In this document: positions 62,526-64,000 of the stretch, piece after piece
Numbering within the stretch: position 1 is the stretch's first letter
How the letters are laid out: every line of letters starts with the position of its first letter
NCBI GenBank assembly: GCA_043819795.1
Contig: JBDREN010000218.1
Coordinates: 1-64,000, forward strand
Length of the DNA: 64,000 bases
Direction: 5' to 3'
Origin: Elusimicrobiota bacterium
Lineage (GTDB): Bacteria; Elusimicrobiota; Elusimicrobia; UBA1565
The notes under the pieces: generated by a model
Told to the model about the DNA's origin: nothing
Databases searched by the model: none
The model's input: the letters and a program-made list of their open reading frames with translations, nothing else
Translations under genes and position numbers: made by a program

Positions 62526-63272
62526 ATGGAGCCTTTGATCCAGCTGAAGAACGTGTCCAAGGTCTACGGGGGCGGCCCCGCGGCCCTGTCGGCGTGGGGG
62601 CGGTTCAAGCGCCTGGGGGGGGGAGCCGCGCCGGGCCTGGCGGTCACCGCCTTGCGGCACGTGGCCATGGAGGTAGGCCGCGGGGAGTTCACCGCCATCG
62701 CCGGGCCTTCCGGCTCCGGCAAGTCGACTTTGCTCAACATCATCGGCACGATCGACTCCCCGACCCGCGGCGAGGTCTTCTACGAGGGACGCCGGGTCTC
62801 CAGCCTGAGCCAGGACCAGCTCGCGGATTTCCGCCTGCGCTCTTTGGGCTTCGTGTTCCAGGCTTTCAACCTGCTCCCGGTCCTGACCGCGCTCGAGAAC
62901 GTGGAGTACGTGCTGGCCCTGCAGAACGTGCCCCCCGCGGAGCGCCTGGAGCGCGCCCACGAGGCGCTCAAGTGGGTCGGCATCGAGGGGCAGGCCCACC
63001 GGCGTCCCGACCTCCTCTCCGGAGGGCAGCAGCAGCGCGTGGCGGTGGCGCGCGCCATCGTCCACCGCCCGATGGTGGTGCTGGCCGACGAGCCCACGGC
63101 CAACCTCGACTCGAAGACGGCCGAGGCGCTTTTGGACCTGATGGCGAAACTCAACGAGGACCACGGCGTGACGTTCCTCTTCTCGAGCCACGATCCCCGG
63201 GTCCTCTCCCGCGCGCGGCGGGTCCTCTCGATACACGACGGCCGCCTGGGGGACGCGGACAAAGCGCGGTGA
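62526..63272 (+). CDS. ABC transporter ATP-binding protein, LolD-like
   Basis: GPSGSGKST, LSGGQQQRVAVARA, LADEPTANLD. Confidence 0.95.
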   Translation: MEPLIQLKNVSKVYGGGPAALSAWGRFKRLGGGAAPGLAVTALRHVAMEVGRGEFTAIAGPSGSGKSTLLNIIGTIDSPTRGEVFYEGRRVSSLSQDQLADFRLRSLGFVFQAFNLLPVLTALENVEYVLALQNVPPAERLERAHEALKWVGIEGQAHRRPDLLSGGQQQRVAVARAIVHRPMVVLADEPTANLDSKTAEALLDLMAKLNEDHGVTFLFSSHDPRVLSRARRVLSIHDGRLGDADKAR

Positions 63273-64000
63273 GGCGCGCCTTGGGCTCCGGCGCGGTGAT
63301 TCTAGCCGCGGTCGCGGCCGTAGCCGTAAGCGCTCCCGGCGCGGCACGAGCGGCTTCGCTCCCGCCCGACCAAGTCCCGTCCCAAGGGGCCGGAGCGGCC
63401 GGCCTCTGGGGGGCATCCTTCCGGGCCTCCGGATATCTCAAGAACCTCTACCGCTACACCCGCTCCGCGCTGACGGGCGCGCCCTATTGGAGCGATCTCA
63501 CCCGCGCGCGCCTGAGTCTCGACGCGGAGATGGCGCCGGCCGAGCCCCCGGACGCCTGGAGCCCGCCGGAGCGATCCCTGCGCGTGCACGTGGACTACGA
63601 CCATGAGCTGCGCGCGGGTTCGTTCCTTAAATCATCCGACTTCCGCCTTTTCGGCTTGGGCGAGCCCGAGAGCTACCTGACGATGGAGCAGGCCGTCAGC
63701 TCCGGAACGGACGCGCACTACAGGCATTTGTCGTACAGGGGCTGGGTCGAGCTGCGTAGCGGCCCCTGGAGCGCGCGTTTCGGGCGCCAGCGCGTGGCCT
63801 GGGGCGCCGGGAAGATCTGGAACCCCATCGACGTCCTGAACCCGTACCGGCCCACCTCGCTCGAGCGCGAGGAGCGCCCCGGCGTGGACGCCGCCTTGCT
63901 GCGGCGCGGGATCGGGGCGCTGGGGCAGGCCGAGGCTGTCTACGCTCTGGCTGGGCGCTGGGCCGAGTCGGACCTGCTCGGCCGGGTGCGCGGCAACCCC
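63269..64000 (+). CDS. Putative outer-membrane beta-barrel protein (3'-truncated)
   Basis: GTG overlaps the previous TGA. MRRALGSGAVILAAVAAVAVSAPGAARA signal peptide; ...FGRQRVAWGAGKIWNPIDVLNP...RPGVDA. Open to the window end, so absent from the ORF track. Confidence 0.75.
   Translation, partial: MRRALGSGAVILAAVAAVAVSAPGAARAASLPPDQVPSQGAGAAGLWGASFRASGYLKNLYRYTRSALTGAPYWSDLTRARLSLDAEMAPAEPPDAWSPPERSLRVHVDYDHELRAGSFLKSSDFRLFGLGEPESYLTMEQAVSSGTDAHYRHLSYRGWVELRSGPWSARFGRQRVAWGAGKIWNPIDVLNPYRPTSLEREERPGVDAALLRRGIGALGQAEAVYALAGRWAESDLLGRVRGNP

Overview
High-GC bacterial window. The gene content and protein style suggest Elusimicrobiota or a similar diderm lineage, but this is inference only. The first 36.8 kb is the 3' part of one giant ORF, open at the window start and >12,270 aa. 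It is built from three successive classes of Ig-like repeats, includes a ~4.38-kb tandem supermodule, and ends in an Fn3-like region plus a T9SS/FlgD-type C-terminal sorting domain (NYPNPF...WDGRN). Directly downstream are a sigma70 promoter, a canonical c-di-GMP-I riboswitch and a PorV-like barrel-TPR gene. An unusual 'motor without a flagellum' cluster follows: a single polypeptide joining a FliF-like periplasmic ring domain, a TM helix, FliG middle/C-terminal domains and a TPR; a long coiled-coil protein with an in-frame TAG; FlbD/SwrD; MotA; MotB; and two lipoproteins. No rod, hook, filament, export or switch genes are present in the window. The leading hypothesis is a c-di-GMP-regulated, MotAB-driven rotary machine coupled to T9SS-like export or movement of a giant surface adhesin. 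The rest is housekeeping and envelope biogenesis: ddl, PBP1A, an Alr-family gene, hemA, hemC, mfd, two PPIases, and a LolA-like/ABC/OM-barrel cluster. All alignments were made by eye; no searches were run.
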